From a cyanobacterium endosymbiont of Rhopalodia gibba (GTDB taxonomy: Bacteria > Cyanobacteriota > Cyanobacteriia > Cyanobacteriales > Microcystaceae), in NCBI GenBank assembly GCA_045159875.1, contig CP067995.1:1728001-1792000 (forward strand): DNA of 64,000 nt, given 5' to 3'. Positions 10,542 through 21,533 of this stretch are shown here, piece after piece. The notes below the pieces were generated by a model that worked only from the letters and a program-made list of their open reading frames with translations, did not search any database and was not told the origin of the DNA. How positions within the stretch are numbered: position 1 is the first letter of the stretch; every line of letters begins with the position of its first letter. Both the position numbers and the translations under genes were made by a program.

Positions 10542-12215
10542 CTACAGAGATGTTTTTAAAGAATCAAAATCAGGAAGACAATTGTTGTTTATGTAGTCAA
10601 TGTATCTCTCTTTTTCTTGACGACATTTATTTTCGTCCCAACCACAATGTCGACTCAAAGTCTCCGTAAGACTCGGCAGTAAATCGATTCCATAATCAGA
10701 GTGCATAGCAAGAGTGGTACGACGACGCATAATGTCTACTAAAGTGTAAGCTAGTTCATGACGGACTGCATAAACAATTTGAGCTTTGATATCAGGAAGT
10801 TCAGGAACAATGACTGTAGCCAAATCCGGTTCTGAGTCTATTAAACCTAAAACATCTAGTGTTTTTGATCCATACATGCAGAATAAATGATCAATGGTCT
10901 GGTTCGAAACTCGATCACGATATTCTGTTAAAACTTGTTGCACACGGGAATCACCAGGTAGAATCCAGCCTGGAAGAGGTTTATCTTGTGTCGAACAAGG
11001 GGGAATAGGTTTTCCTTGTTGCTTAAAGACCATATCAACCACTTCTTTGCCCACTTGGCGATAAGTAGTTAATTTTCCTCCAATTAAAGAAATTAGGTTA
11101 GTTACTCCTTCTTTAGTGTGACGAAAAAGAATGTGTTTGCGGGTAATACTCCCGGCTTGTTTACTTTCAAGGTTAGGGAGAGGACGTACTCCTGAATAAG
11201 TAAATTTTATGTCTTTGCGCGAAAGTTGGGCGTTAGGAATAATGTTGTTAGTTTCCCTCAATAAATAGTCAATTTCATCATCGTCGGCTTTGAATTTATC
11301 GAGATTCCCTTGAAATTTTTGATCGGTAGTTCCAATCAAATACATCCTGTCCCAAGGCACAATAAAGAAAGGACGACCATCAGACTTAGCTTCTACATAA
11401 AGACTAGTATTGGGTGCTCCAACAAAGGGGTTAACTACAATATGGCTACCTTTTGTTCCACCAATTTTCTTTGTTTTACCAATGGGAGCCTCTTTACTAT
11501 CTTTCATCCCCAACTGACAGACATGATCAACCCAAGGACCTGCCGTGTTAATCACTATCGACTTGTCATGACCATTAACGATGAATTCCTGGTCTGTCCA
11601 ATAGTCTTTACAGGTTAAAGATGTAATTCTATTGTCTTGACGGTGTAAGTGAATCACTTCAACGTAACTAAGAACCGTCGCTCCAGCTGCTTTAGCCGAG
11701 AGAATGTTTTCTAAACACAATCTTTCCGCATAAGTTACTTGAGCATCATAATACTGAGCTCCTCCAGCTAATCCATTTGGATCAATAGAAGGAAAAAGTT
11801 GTTTAAATTGGGCAGGAGGTAACATCCTATGAGGAAGAAGTGTTTTGTCCGCACTGAAAATATCATAGAGTATCATTCCCGCCCAAATCTTCCAATAGGG
11901 ACGAGAGCGATCACGGTAGATGGGAATAGTTAATAGTAAAGGTTTAACTAGATGAGGGGCAGTATGAAGAAGAATTTCTCGTTCTTTTAGGGATTCTCTC
12001 ACTAGGGAAAATTCAAAGTATTCTAGGTAGCGCAACCCTCCGTGAATCAAACGGGTTGACCAGCTAGAGGTTCCACAAGCAAAATCCCCCTTCTCGATGA
12101 GAATCGTTTTTAATCCTCGTAAAGCAGCATCTCGAGCTACGCCGGCACCATTCACACCGCCACCGATGACAATTAAGTCGTAGGTCGTTTGTTGAATTTC
12201 ATTAAAATCTTGCAT
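10542..12215 (-). CDS. glpD: FAD-dependent glycerol-3-phosphate dehydrogenase
   Basis: IGGGVNGAG, GTSSWSTRLIHGGLRYL, SGVRPL, GGKLTTYR; lies downstream of ggpS. Confidence 0.95.
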   Translation of the reverse strand: MQDFNEIQQTTYDLIVIGGGVNGAGVARDAALRGLKTILIEKGDFACGTSSWSTRLIHGGLRYLEYFEFSLVRESLKEREILLHTAPHLVKPLLLTIPIYRDRSRPYWKIWAGMILYDIFSADKTLLPHRMLPPAQFKQLFPSIDPNGLAGGAQYYDAQVTYAERLCLENILSAKAAGATVLSYVEVIHLHRQDNRITSLTCKDYWTDQEFIVNGHDKSIVINTAGPWVDHVCQLGMKDSKEAPIGKTKKIGGTKGSHIVVNPFVGAPNTSLYVEAKSDGRPFFIVPWDRMYLIGTTDQKFQGNLDKFKADDDEIDYLLRETNNIIPNAQLSRKDIKFTYSGVRPLPNLESKQAGSITRKHILFRHTKEGVTNLISLIGGKLTTYRQVGKEVVDMVFKQQGKPIPPCSTQDKPLPGWILPGDSRVQQVLTEYRDRVSNQTIDHLFCMYGSKTLDVLGLIDSEPDLATVIVPELPDIKAQIVYAVRHELAYTLVDIMRRRTTLAMHSDYGIDLLPSLTETLSRHCGWDENKCRQEKERYIDYINNNCLPDFDSLKTSL

Positions 12216-12386
12216 GATCATCATTGCCTTGTTTCTAGATTTTTCAAGAACAATTCTTGGTTAGATTGGCGACTAACGACTCTTTCTGTGTGTCCTTTAA
12301 AAAAGAGAAAATAACTCAAAATCAACAAAAGACTTCCTAGATTAAACCAGGTTGTTTTTTCTAGGTGATCCTCAACTCAATAGAGG

Positions 12387-13880
12387 TTATCCGTCTAAGA
12401 CAGTTTCGTGTTTTATCTTCTTAAATAACTTAAAGAGACGATTTGCCCAGTAGCTGACATCGTAAGTTGTCACAGTTTCGTACATTTTAGCCATACGTTC
12501 CTTTTGTTCTTCAGGGGACATGGCTAAAGCTTTTTCTATTGCTTGATCCATAAGGTCAATTGAATATGGATTGGTCAAAATTGCTTGAGGAAGTTCAATA
12601 GCAGCTCCAACAAATTCGGAGAGAATTAAAACTCCATCTTTACCTTCATGAGCAACGATGTATTCCTTCGCGACTAAGTTTAAGCCATCTCTTAAAGGAG
12701 TTGTCCAGCAAATATCAGCGACGCGATAGTAGCAGAACAGATCTTCTAAAGGCAGCGGTTGAGTAAACAGTTGAATTGGGGTCCAATCGAACTTGGCATA
12801 TTGTCCATTGATGTTTCCTACTAGCTGCTCAATCTGCTTTTGAGCAGTTTCATACACTCGCATTCCGGTGGCAGGTTGTACACAAGTCATGACTAGGTTT
12901 ATTTTACTGTGTAAGTCAGGACGGCGTTCTAATAAACGACCAAAGGCTTCTAACTTCTCACTATTTCCTTTAACATAGTCTACCCGACCAGCCGCAACTA
13001 ATAGCTTGCGTCCTTGAAGTTCTTCTCTAATTTGCTCAAGTCTAATTTTAATTTCTGGTTTATTCAGGACTTCAAGAATATTTTTGGGGTTAGTCCCTAC
13101 TGGAAAAGCATCAATATTAATAATTTGTCCTTTATAGGAAAGCTTTGTAGTTCGTTCAGGTTCAGCTAAAGCAATTCCCACCGAAGTCATGTGTCCAGCT
13201 ACTTTTTCTCTCTGTACAATTTCCACTGCTCGCAAACCGCGAACTACATTCACAAAGTTCTCTGAATACCGAGGAATATGAAATCCAACCACGTCACAGC
13301 ATAGCAAACTATCTACAATAGCTTCGCGCCAAGGTAGAATGTTAAATATATCTACCGGGGGAAAAGGTGTATGGTGAAAAAAGGCGATGCGAACATTCGG
13401 CATTTTCTGACGAATGTAATAGGGAACTAACCAAAGATTATAGTCATGAACCCAAACTAAGGCATCATCGGCTGCTTCTTTACAAGCAGCATCTGCGAAA
13501 AGACGATTGATTTCTGTAAAATTCTCCCAATCTGATGACTCACTGGTGAAATGTGAAGGGAAGGAATGGAGAATTGGCCAAAAGGCTTCTTTCGAGGTAA
13601 TGTGATAGAAATGTTTAACTTGATTGGCGTTTAGGGGAATACGATGGACGGTGTAACTTGCATCCTCCTCTACAGTAACCTGTTCGGTGAACGTAGCTTT
13701 TTCTTCAGTACTAACCTGCTTCCATGCAATCCAAGTTCCTTGACAGACATCAGTGAAAAAACTTTTTAGGGTTGGGATAATTCCATTAGGACTTTTCTTT
13801 GGTCGGTAGTGAATTTTTCCATTTTCTACTACCTCATCATAGGGTTCGCGATGGTATAGAATAACGAGAGATGATTTCAT
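12387..13880 (-). CDS. ggpS: glucosylglycerol-phosphate synthase (GT20)
   Basis: MKSSLVILYHREPYDE N-terminus, KSPNGIIPTL, WVHDYNL, RDGLNLVAKEY. Confidence 0.95.
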   Translation of the reverse strand: MKSSLVILYHREPYDEVVENGKIHYRPKKSPNGIIPTLKSFFTDVCQGTWIAWKQVSTEEKATFTEQVTVEEDASYTVHRIPLNANQVKHFYHITSKEAFWPILHSFPSHFTSESSDWENFTEINRLFADAACKEAADDALVWVHDYNLWLVPYYIRQKMPNVRIAFFHHTPFPPVDIFNILPWREAIVDSLLCCDVVGFHIPRYSENFVNVVRGLRAVEIVQREKVAGHMTSVGIALAEPERTTKLSYKGQIINIDAFPVGTNPKNILEVLNKPEIKIRLEQIREELQGRKLLVAAGRVDYVKGNSEKLEAFGRLLERRPDLHSKINLVMTCVQPATGMRVYETAQKQIEQLVGNINGQYAKFDWTPIQLFTQPLPLEDLFCYYRVADICWTTPLRDGLNLVAKEYIVAHEGKDGVLILSEFVGAAIELPQAILTNPYSIDLMDQAIEKALAMSPEEQKERMAKMYETVTTYDVSYWANRLFKLFKKIKHETVLDG

Positions 13881-14405
13881 AATCTATCTTTTCTTTGCTG
13901 GCTAGTATTTGTTGTGAGTTGTTAACTACTTAGACTCCCAACGAACGCTCTGTGGACTTTTTAGTGAGTATTTTGGGAGTTCATTAGTCGCTCGCATATT
14001 CGCATACATTTAGTCCAAAGCTCAGCGGTTGGGACTACTTTTGTCACCATAAAGTCCTAACGAAGAGTATAGCTTTGATTGACTCAATCTATTTTTCTAA
14101 TTTAAGATTTTCTTCGTCTTTATCCTTATAACAAATCAAAAGAAGAAACCCTCTGAACCTAACTTGTTTATTTGTTTTGTATGGATTTTATACCAAGTAT
14201 TTTAACATAAATTTACAGTATTGAGTATGAAATATTTAAGTATGAATTGGAGATATTCTCTATACTAAGACAAGGACTAATGGTTAACAAACTCTAAAGA
14301 ATTAATAAAATTATAAAAAATTCCCCTATTATCTGGAGAAATAGACCAGGCCAAATTTTTCAAATAAAGTCATCTTGACGTTAGCCATCATTAAGGTGGA
14401 ACATT

Positions 14406-14723
14406 ATGGTAATTAAAAAGCAATTTTCTAGTTTTAAAAACCTGCTAGCTACTTCCAAAGTTCCTGTGTTGGTCGATTTCTATGCAACCTGGTGCGGTCC
14501 CTGTCAAATGATGAGTCCTATCTTAGAACAGGTGGGTACTCATCTGAAGGGTCGTCTACAGATTATAAAGATTGATAGCGATAAATATCCGGGAATATCC
14601 TCTAAATATGGAATTCAAGCTTTACCGACTTTAGTTTTATTCAAAAAAGGCGAACCAGTCGAGCGGATTGAAGGGGTAGTTCAAGCGTCTCAACTAATTC
14701 AACACTTACAAATTCTCATCTAA
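14406..14723 (+). CDS. thioredoxin (probably y-type)
   Basis: VDFYATWCGPCQMM; KKQFSSF N-terminus. Confidence 0.9.
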   Translation: MVIKKQFSSFKNLLATSKVPVLVDFYATWCGPCQMMSPILEQVGTHLKGRLQIIKIDSDKYPGISSKYGIQALPTLVLFKKGEPVERIEGVVQASQLIQHLQILI

Positions 14724-14776
14724 ATTGTTGATGGTAAATTTATGATTACCCAATCGTTGTTAACTTTTAATTTAAA

Positions 14777-16210
14777 CTAAGTTATGGACTCACTTAAAAG
14801 ATTGAGTCCGTCACGTTCAGCCTCACTTAGTTCAGGGGACCTACCCATGACTGACTTATATACTTTAATATATTCGGCAGCAGATTTATACCAGCTAAAG
14901 TTTTGGGACATACATCGTTGTTGAAGTTTTTGCCAATCTTGTTTAAAGCGAAACCCCTCCCAAGCTCGTATCATACAGGTTAAAAAATCCAAAGGCTCAT
15001 AGCGATCGAAACAGTATCCAGTTCCCGTATTATTAATGGGGTCATAAAATGACACTGTATCTACCAACCCCCCAGTACGGCGAACAATGGGAACACAGCC
15101 ATAACGCATGGCTAACAATTGACTGATGCCACAAGGTTCGAAACGAGAGGGCATTAAGAAAACATCTGAACCAGCATAAATTCGTCGGGAAAGAGCATCA
15201 TTATAGAGAAGTTGCACTGACATTCTTCCTCGAAAACGGGAAGCTATTTGCCATAATTGAGTTTCATAATAGTGGTCTCCAGTCCCAACAATGACTAATT
15301 GAACATCGGTGTAAGCCATAAACCGATCTAGGATTTGCATCATGAGGTCAATGCCTTTTTGTTCGACTAAACGAGTCACCATCCCCATCAATAAAATATT
15401 TTTATTCGCCTCTAGACCTGTCTCTTCTTGTAACCCAATTTTATTAGCTTCTCGCATTTCTAGAGTATCTTTTGTGAAGGTTTGATATAGAAATTTGTCA
15501 GTAGTTGGATTATAATTTTCCATGTCAATACCATTAAGAATTCCTGCTATATTCTCATGAATGTGAGAAAGCAAACCTTCTAACTTTTCTCCATACTCCG
15601 CTGTTTGAATTTGCTGAGCATAAGTGGGAGAAACGGTAGTAACTCGTCCGGCGAATTGCAAGGCTGAAGCCATAACATTATCCCCTTGCATATACCAGGG
15701 ACACCATGTTACTTGTTCTAAATAAGCACGCCATGGTCCTTGATAAGCCAAATTATGAATGGTAAAAACTGTATTAATATCAGGAGACTGCTTCATCCAA
15801 ACAGGGATCATGCCCGTATGCCAGTCATGACAGTGAATAATATTTGGTTTCCAGAAATTCCAAGCAAATTCAGCCGCCCCATTTGCAAAAAGAGTAAATC
15901 GCCAAAATTCATCCTCCCCACGATAAATACGACGGGGGGTAAATGCTTGATGTCCAAATAGATAAAGTGGGATATTACTATCGGGCAAGGTAGTTTCATA
16001 CACAACGAAATTTTGAAACATGGCAAACCCTTGCCAAATAGGAATTGGAGTAATTTCTAGTTTATCAGCTAAAAAGCCATAATATGGGATAAAAATCCGT
16101 ACATCATATCCTAATTTGTGTAAAATTTTTGGTAAAGTTCCGACTACATCTCCCATACCTCCGGCTTTTGCGAGGGGGGCGACTTCTGCCGCAACAAATA
16201 AAATTCGCAT
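14777..16210 (-). CDS. glgA: glycogen/starch synthase
   Basis: MRILFVAAEVAP-KAGGMGDV, HCHDWHTG, PSRFEPCGISQ, TGGLVDTV; likely start 16210. Confidence 0.96.
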   Translation of the reverse strand: MRILFVAAEVAPLAKAGGMGDVVGTLPKILHKLGYDVRIFIPYYGFLADKLEITPIPIWQGFAMFQNFVVYETTLPDSNIPLYLFGHQAFTPRRIYRGEDEFWRFTLFANGAAEFAWNFWKPNIIHCHDWHTGMIPVWMKQSPDINTVFTIHNLAYQGPWRAYLEQVTWCPWYMQGDNVMASALQFAGRVTTVSPTYAQQIQTAEYGEKLEGLLSHIHENIAGILNGIDMENYNPTTDKFLYQTFTKDTLEMREANKIGLQEETGLEANKNILLMGMVTRLVEQKGIDLMMQILDRFMAYTDVQLVIVGTGDHYYETQLWQIASRFRGRMSVQLLYNDALSRRIYAGSDVFLMPSRFEPCGISQLLAMRYGCVPIVRRTGGLVDTVSFYDPINNTGTGYCFDRYEPLDFLTCMIRAWEGFRFKQDWQKLQQRCMSQNFSWYKSAAEYIKVYKSVMGRSPELSEAERDGLNLLSESIT

Positions 16211-18103
16211 CTTTGCTCCGTGTGTCTTGGCGTTAGTTCTCTGATCGATTATACGAGAGTTGATCCCTCTTGAGATAGTTAAATTTTGAATGCTAGAAAT
16301 CAACTACTGACTTTTTATTCTTGAGAAGACATAAAGTTTAATTTTTAAATTATTTCTTTTTATATTGACAAGTGTTTTCTAGTCATTAAATATACTGAAG
16401 GCATTAGTTAACTTTGACTTTCTTGAAGTCAACTAATGTTTATTGCAAATTAGATAGCATATTATTTTGCGCTATAAACAACTATTTTTGCTTCAAATAA
16501 ACAAGTAAGTTAGGTTGTCTTAAATTTTAATACAATTAATACTATCTAGACTAATTCGATATCAAAACATATTTTTTAAAATTAGCTTTGGTTAAGTTAA
16601 CTTTTATTTAAATTTTCAAAGAAATTTATTGATTAAGCTTTATGAATAAATAATTTTAAAAATGCCAGTATACATATACTTTTTTTGTTTATAATTATAA
16701 AATTATATCTAAATTTTATCAAAAATAAACTTGAAAAAATAACTTACTAATAACTTAATGAAGCCAGCTTTTATCTCGAAAAAATAGATTATATAAACAT
16801 TATTTTTTATATTATTATTTATATTTTTTTTGAAATCTAATTGTGGCTTATCTTTGTTGAATATTTTCTGTCTCATTATTGGGATGATTATTATTTCTAT
16901 TTTAATTATTATGTATTTATTCTTATCAATTTATTTTTGACCAATTTAAACCTAATAAACAAATATTTATTTAAAAAGATATTTCTTTTTTGATGTTAAT
17001 TTAATTAAATTATTTATATTAAAATCTATACTGGTTTAATTGCTACAGGTAGTTTTACCTAAACTTTAATGATTTAGCTAGGATTTAGAAAAATAAGTAA
17101 ACTATAAATATAAATAACTTATATTTCATATCTTTAATTGATCGCAATTAAATTGTACTTGGTTTAAAATTTAATTATTAAAGACTTTATAAAAAAACTT
17201 TAATAATTTTATTATTGTCTAAATTATATTTAGTATTTTTTAGACAACTACTTTAATAAAAATTAGTATTTGTATTGATACGCAAAATTTATTTAGATTG
17301 ACACTTTTTAGGTTTTATTTATTAAATTTTTTAAAAATTTTTAACTGTTAATTAAGCTCAATGAAATTCACTTTAATCGGTTAAATATATAATTAAAAAT
17401 TGGCCAGTTTATTTTATATTTATTTTCATAAAATACATATTTTTTTAAAAAAAAATTATTGGTATTTTGAAAGATAACTTAGGAAAAAATAATATTTTTA
17501 TACTTTTTTTTACAAGCGGTTTATAGATTAATCTACGCTAAATTATATTATTTTAATAATGGTTTCAAGAAATTAAGATTTCTATTTCCTGTTAATTTGA
17601 TAGTTTTATTCTTCTACCATATGTTTATTATTTTTATTTATAAGAATAGGTTTTTGTTAATTTTTTAATTGTCTTAAAAAGAAGATAGATATTATTTATG
17701 CTTATGTGATAAATATTTTTTAATAATTATTAAAGACCGCTACTCTATTATTTAAAATAATAATTTTTAGTCTAATTAATTTTAATTAATAGATTAAAAA
17801 TCATTTGACAATTAAATTTATTAAAATGAATAGAAAATTAATCTAGATATAGTTTCTTAAAAACTAATTGAGCAATCTAGTAGATTCTGAGAATAGAAGA
17901 TAAACTTATATAAAACTTCCGGAAACTCACTGATTATATTCTTATACCAATCTAATTTTTAGATAAGGCAGACACTTTTACTATAAAACATAGTATAATA
18001 AGACTCTATGGTCCGACGAGAGTAAAGTTTCTCTTGGTTTAGTCAAATTTCAAAGGTATCACGATTAAAATACTCCCAAATTGATATTATAATACATATA
18101 CTG

Positions 18104-18149
18104 CACATTATGATATCATGAATACATGGTAGCATGATATCATAATGTG
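18104..18149. repeat. perfect 17-bp inverted repeat, 12-nt spacer
   Basis: CACATTATGATATCATG / CATGATATCATAATGTG. Confidence 0.9.
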
Positions 18150-18290
18150 TATTACATATCGATATCAAGTTACGGGCTTTTTATATAGTGAACTAGTAAG
18201 CTAAATTTCTCTCTTCAATGACTATTTCAATTTCAAACTATTTTAATCTCAAACTGTTTTAATCTCAAATTATTAAAGGTCAAATCCGTA

Positions 18291-19520
18291 ATGAAAAATA
18301 ATACACTTAACCTCGATTATTCGCACCCTAATAAATCCCAACGTCCTCTTCTGGGGACTTCCTTAACCTATGTTTCTTCAGTCCTATTAGGGATCGGAAT
18401 AGGGGTTGGGGGAGCTTATACTATTAGTCAATCTAAATTCTTAACAAAACCCACTGAACCTTTAGAAAAATCCCAGGTTACTGAATCTTCGGAAAAATTT
18501 ATTTCTTCTCAAAATAACGAAAGTTTTGTTACTGATGTTGTTAAAAGAGTAGGACCTGCTGTTGTTCGTATTGATGCTTCTAGAACAGTTACAAATAAGG
18601 TTCCTCCAGTTTTTGATGATCCATTTTTCCGCCGCTTTTTCAGCTCTGAAATTCCTGGAGTTCCTCAGGAACAAATTGAACGAGGAACAGGGTCGGGATT
18701 TATCTTAAGTAAAGATGGAAAAATTCTTACTAATGCCCATGTTGTCGCCGGGACAAAAGTGGTAACTGTTACTTTAAAAGATGGCCGTACATTTGAAGGG
18801 AAGGTGTTAGGAACTGATCCTTTAACAGACGTGGCTGTCATTAAAATTGAAGCTAATGATTTACCCAAGGTACAACAGGGAAATTCTGATAATCTTCAGG
18901 TAGGAGAGTGGGCAATTGCTATTGGTAATCCTCTAGGATTAGATAACACAGTTACAACAGGAATTATTAGTGCGACAAAGAGGTTAAGTTCTCAAGTTGG
19001 AGTAGGTGATAAACGAATTGAATTTATCCAAACCGATGCAGCAATTAATCCTGGTAATTCAGGAGGTCCTTTACTCAATTCTGATGGACAAGTTATCGGA
19101 ATGAATACTGCTATCATTCAAAATGCTCAAGGAATTGGGTTTGCGATCCCCATTAATAAAGCCGAAAGAATTGCTAATAAATTAATTGAAGATGGGAAGG
19201 TAGAACACCCATTTTTAGGAATCCAAATGGTAGAAGTCACTCCTGAAATTAAAAATAAACTACAGGAAAGTCAGGGGCTGAATTTAACAACAGATAAAGG
19301 AGTATTAATTGCTAAGGTTATGCCAGATTCTCCTGCTGAACAAGCTGGATTAAAAGCAGGAGATATTCTTCGAGGAATTGGTAAAAGACTCCTAAATAAT
19401 CCAGGAGAAGTACAAAAAGCTGTAGAAAAAACCCAAGTTGGGGAAATTTTACATTTACAGATTGAGCGAGATGGAAGCCCTATTAATTTAAGTGTTAAAG
19501 TGGGAGTGCTACCTAATTAG
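18291..19520 (+). CDS. HtrA/HhoA/HhoB family serine protease with PDZ domain
   Basis: GTGSGFI, TNAHVV, TDVAVIKI, QTDAAINPGNSGGPL; C-terminal PDZ. Confidence 0.95.
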   Translation: MKNNTLNLDYSHPNKSQRPLLGTSLTYVSSVLLGIGIGVGGAYTISQSKFLTKPTEPLEKSQVTESSEKFISSQNNESFVTDVVKRVGPAVVRIDASRTVTNKVPPVFDDPFFRRFFSSEIPGVPQEQIERGTGSGFILSKDGKILTNAHVVAGTKVVTVTLKDGRTFEGKVLGTDPLTDVAVIKIEANDLPKVQQGNSDNLQVGEWAIAIGNPLGLDNTVTTGIISATKRLSSQVGVGDKRIEFIQTDAAINPGNSGGPLLNSDGQVIGMNTAIIQNAQGIGFAIPINKAERIANKLIEDGKVEHPFLGIQMVEVTPEIKNKLQESQGLNLTTDKGVLIAKVMPDSPAEQAGLKAGDILRGIGKRLLNNPGEVQKAVEKTQVGEILHLQIERDGSPINLSVKVGVLPN

Positions 19521-19634
19521 TTAATTATAAACAATGAATTATTTAATTATTGATCAATCTTTTACATTATTCTGATTTCAAAAAATATTCGCAAGTGTTT
19601 AGTACTTCTGAAAAAAATTCACATAGTTTTTTAC

Positions 19635-20390
19635 ATGAAAAATATCATTAGTGGATTTGGCTTTTTTCAGGAGTGACTTATCTTTTCCGTCTTTTAGAAA
19701 TTTTTAAACCTGATTCTCGTCTTTTATCTCATATTATTGTTCCTGTCCTAATTAATGCTGTTTAAGGAATTGTTCTATATTTTAAGATTATTATTCTTTA
19801 GGTTAGCAAATCAGTCAAACAGTAATCGTAAATTTGATTGCTTATCTGGATGCGGTTTTGACTAATTTACCTGGTTAGTTAGAAACTTTAGATTATTTGA
19901 TTGATTTTAACAGGATTTATTTTAGCTCAATTTTGGATGATTTTAGGTGGTACTTAGTATGGAAAGCTTTCAGAAAAATTGGAAAAGTTAAGGACAGGAA
20001 CAGTAAATATAATAAAAGTTGGAATAATTACAGATATTTGCTTAGCAATTCTTTTTGAACTCAAAAAATTAGTGCTATTAATTTTGATGGCATTACTGTT
20101 AATTTTATTTAATTTTGTTCCCGTTGTAGGTACTTTATTATCTTCTCTAGTAAAAATTACTGTAACCAGTATAATTATTTGTCTCGATTTTTTTTTAATC
20201 TTAGAAAGACTGCGGCTACAGTTCCGTTAAAATTACAAATTTTTTGGAAAAGTTTGCCAAGAAGTTCATAATTTTCTTTAGTTTATTTTTTGTTAATTAG
20301 TATTACTTTAGTAAATTTATTGACTATTTCATTTTGAGTCGGAATAGGTACTTTATTTGTCTGTACTCGTATGCTATTAAGCAGTTCATA
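19635..20390 (+). pseudogene. EI24/CysZ-like membrane protein, disrupted
   Basis: MKNIISGF... start with frameshifts and stops; internal fragment AILFELKKLVL...NFVPVVGTL...IICLDFF..LERLRLQFR. Confidence 0.7.
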
Positions 20391-20418
20391 ACTCATGCTA
20401 TTAAGCAGTTCATAACTC
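20371..20418 (+). repeat. 24-nt perfect tandem duplication
   Basis: ATGCTATTAAGCAGTTCATAACTC x2. Confidence 0.95.
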
Positions 20419-21533
20419 AGTAGTAATTAACCTGATGATGTTTTCTATTAAGTCTTGTGTTACCTAAATTATTAGGTTCAAGAATTAAGTACTAATTAGT
20501 ATTTATGTTTAGATCTCACGCTTATTAAAAAGCCTAATTATATAGATAATCATATTAAAACTCTATGTATAAAGAATTCCATTGTACTAAATCTAATATT
20601 TTTACTTCATTTATACCTGTAGTGTCAAATGTGTAAACTAGTTTAATAAATAACATTTTAAATTTAGAAAAAATTACCATCGTTTATCATATACAATTTA
20701 GATGTATTAAGAATGATTATATCTATCTAAAAAATAGATATAATAGCGACTTGTATTTATTGTGGACAACTTTTTAAAAACTTCATAACAACAATACATT
20801 GATTATTAGAAGTTTTTCTTATTCAGAACAATTTGTCTATCTCAAGATCAATTCTCCTTAAATGAGATCTAATTAATATGTAAAAATTTATTTAAAAAAT
20901 AAATAATGTATACTAAAGTATTCAGAATAAAAATAGTTTAAAAAATTTCAAGTAGTGAAATTAATACATAAAAAATATTCAAAGTTAATATAAATTAATA
21001 CAAAAAAATCGACCATTAAAGAGTGGATAATTAATAAAAATATTATAGTTAATCGATAGAAATATGAAGATTAAAATTCAGCTATATAATATCAATTATA
21101 TACATATATGACAATGTATATCTGTTGATTGATAAAGAAAAGTTGCGATAGATATTGATTTTTTTAAAATCTTTTCTATCGTGTCAGTTTTCTACTGTTT
21201 ATTATTAGCGACTACTTTGTGTTTTCCGAACAATTATACCTAAGCCCATTATTCAATGTTTAATTTTTCAATATTAGATCTTTGATAAAGAAGTTGATTT
21301 GAACAAATCGAAAAGATTAATTTTTAAATTTGTTGGCTAAAAAATAGTCTAAATAGACGCAATTATATTTAAAGTAAGTTACCAGCTTGTCAAAAAGTTA
21401 CCTGTAATTTTTCTACAACAAGTCAAAAATTTTAACCGGTTTATTTTGATGTAAATCTTTTAAAATTAATCAGTAGTTGTGATTAATTTAATGTCACCCT
21501 TTCTGTAAACTTCACAATAAAAAAACATCAAAA

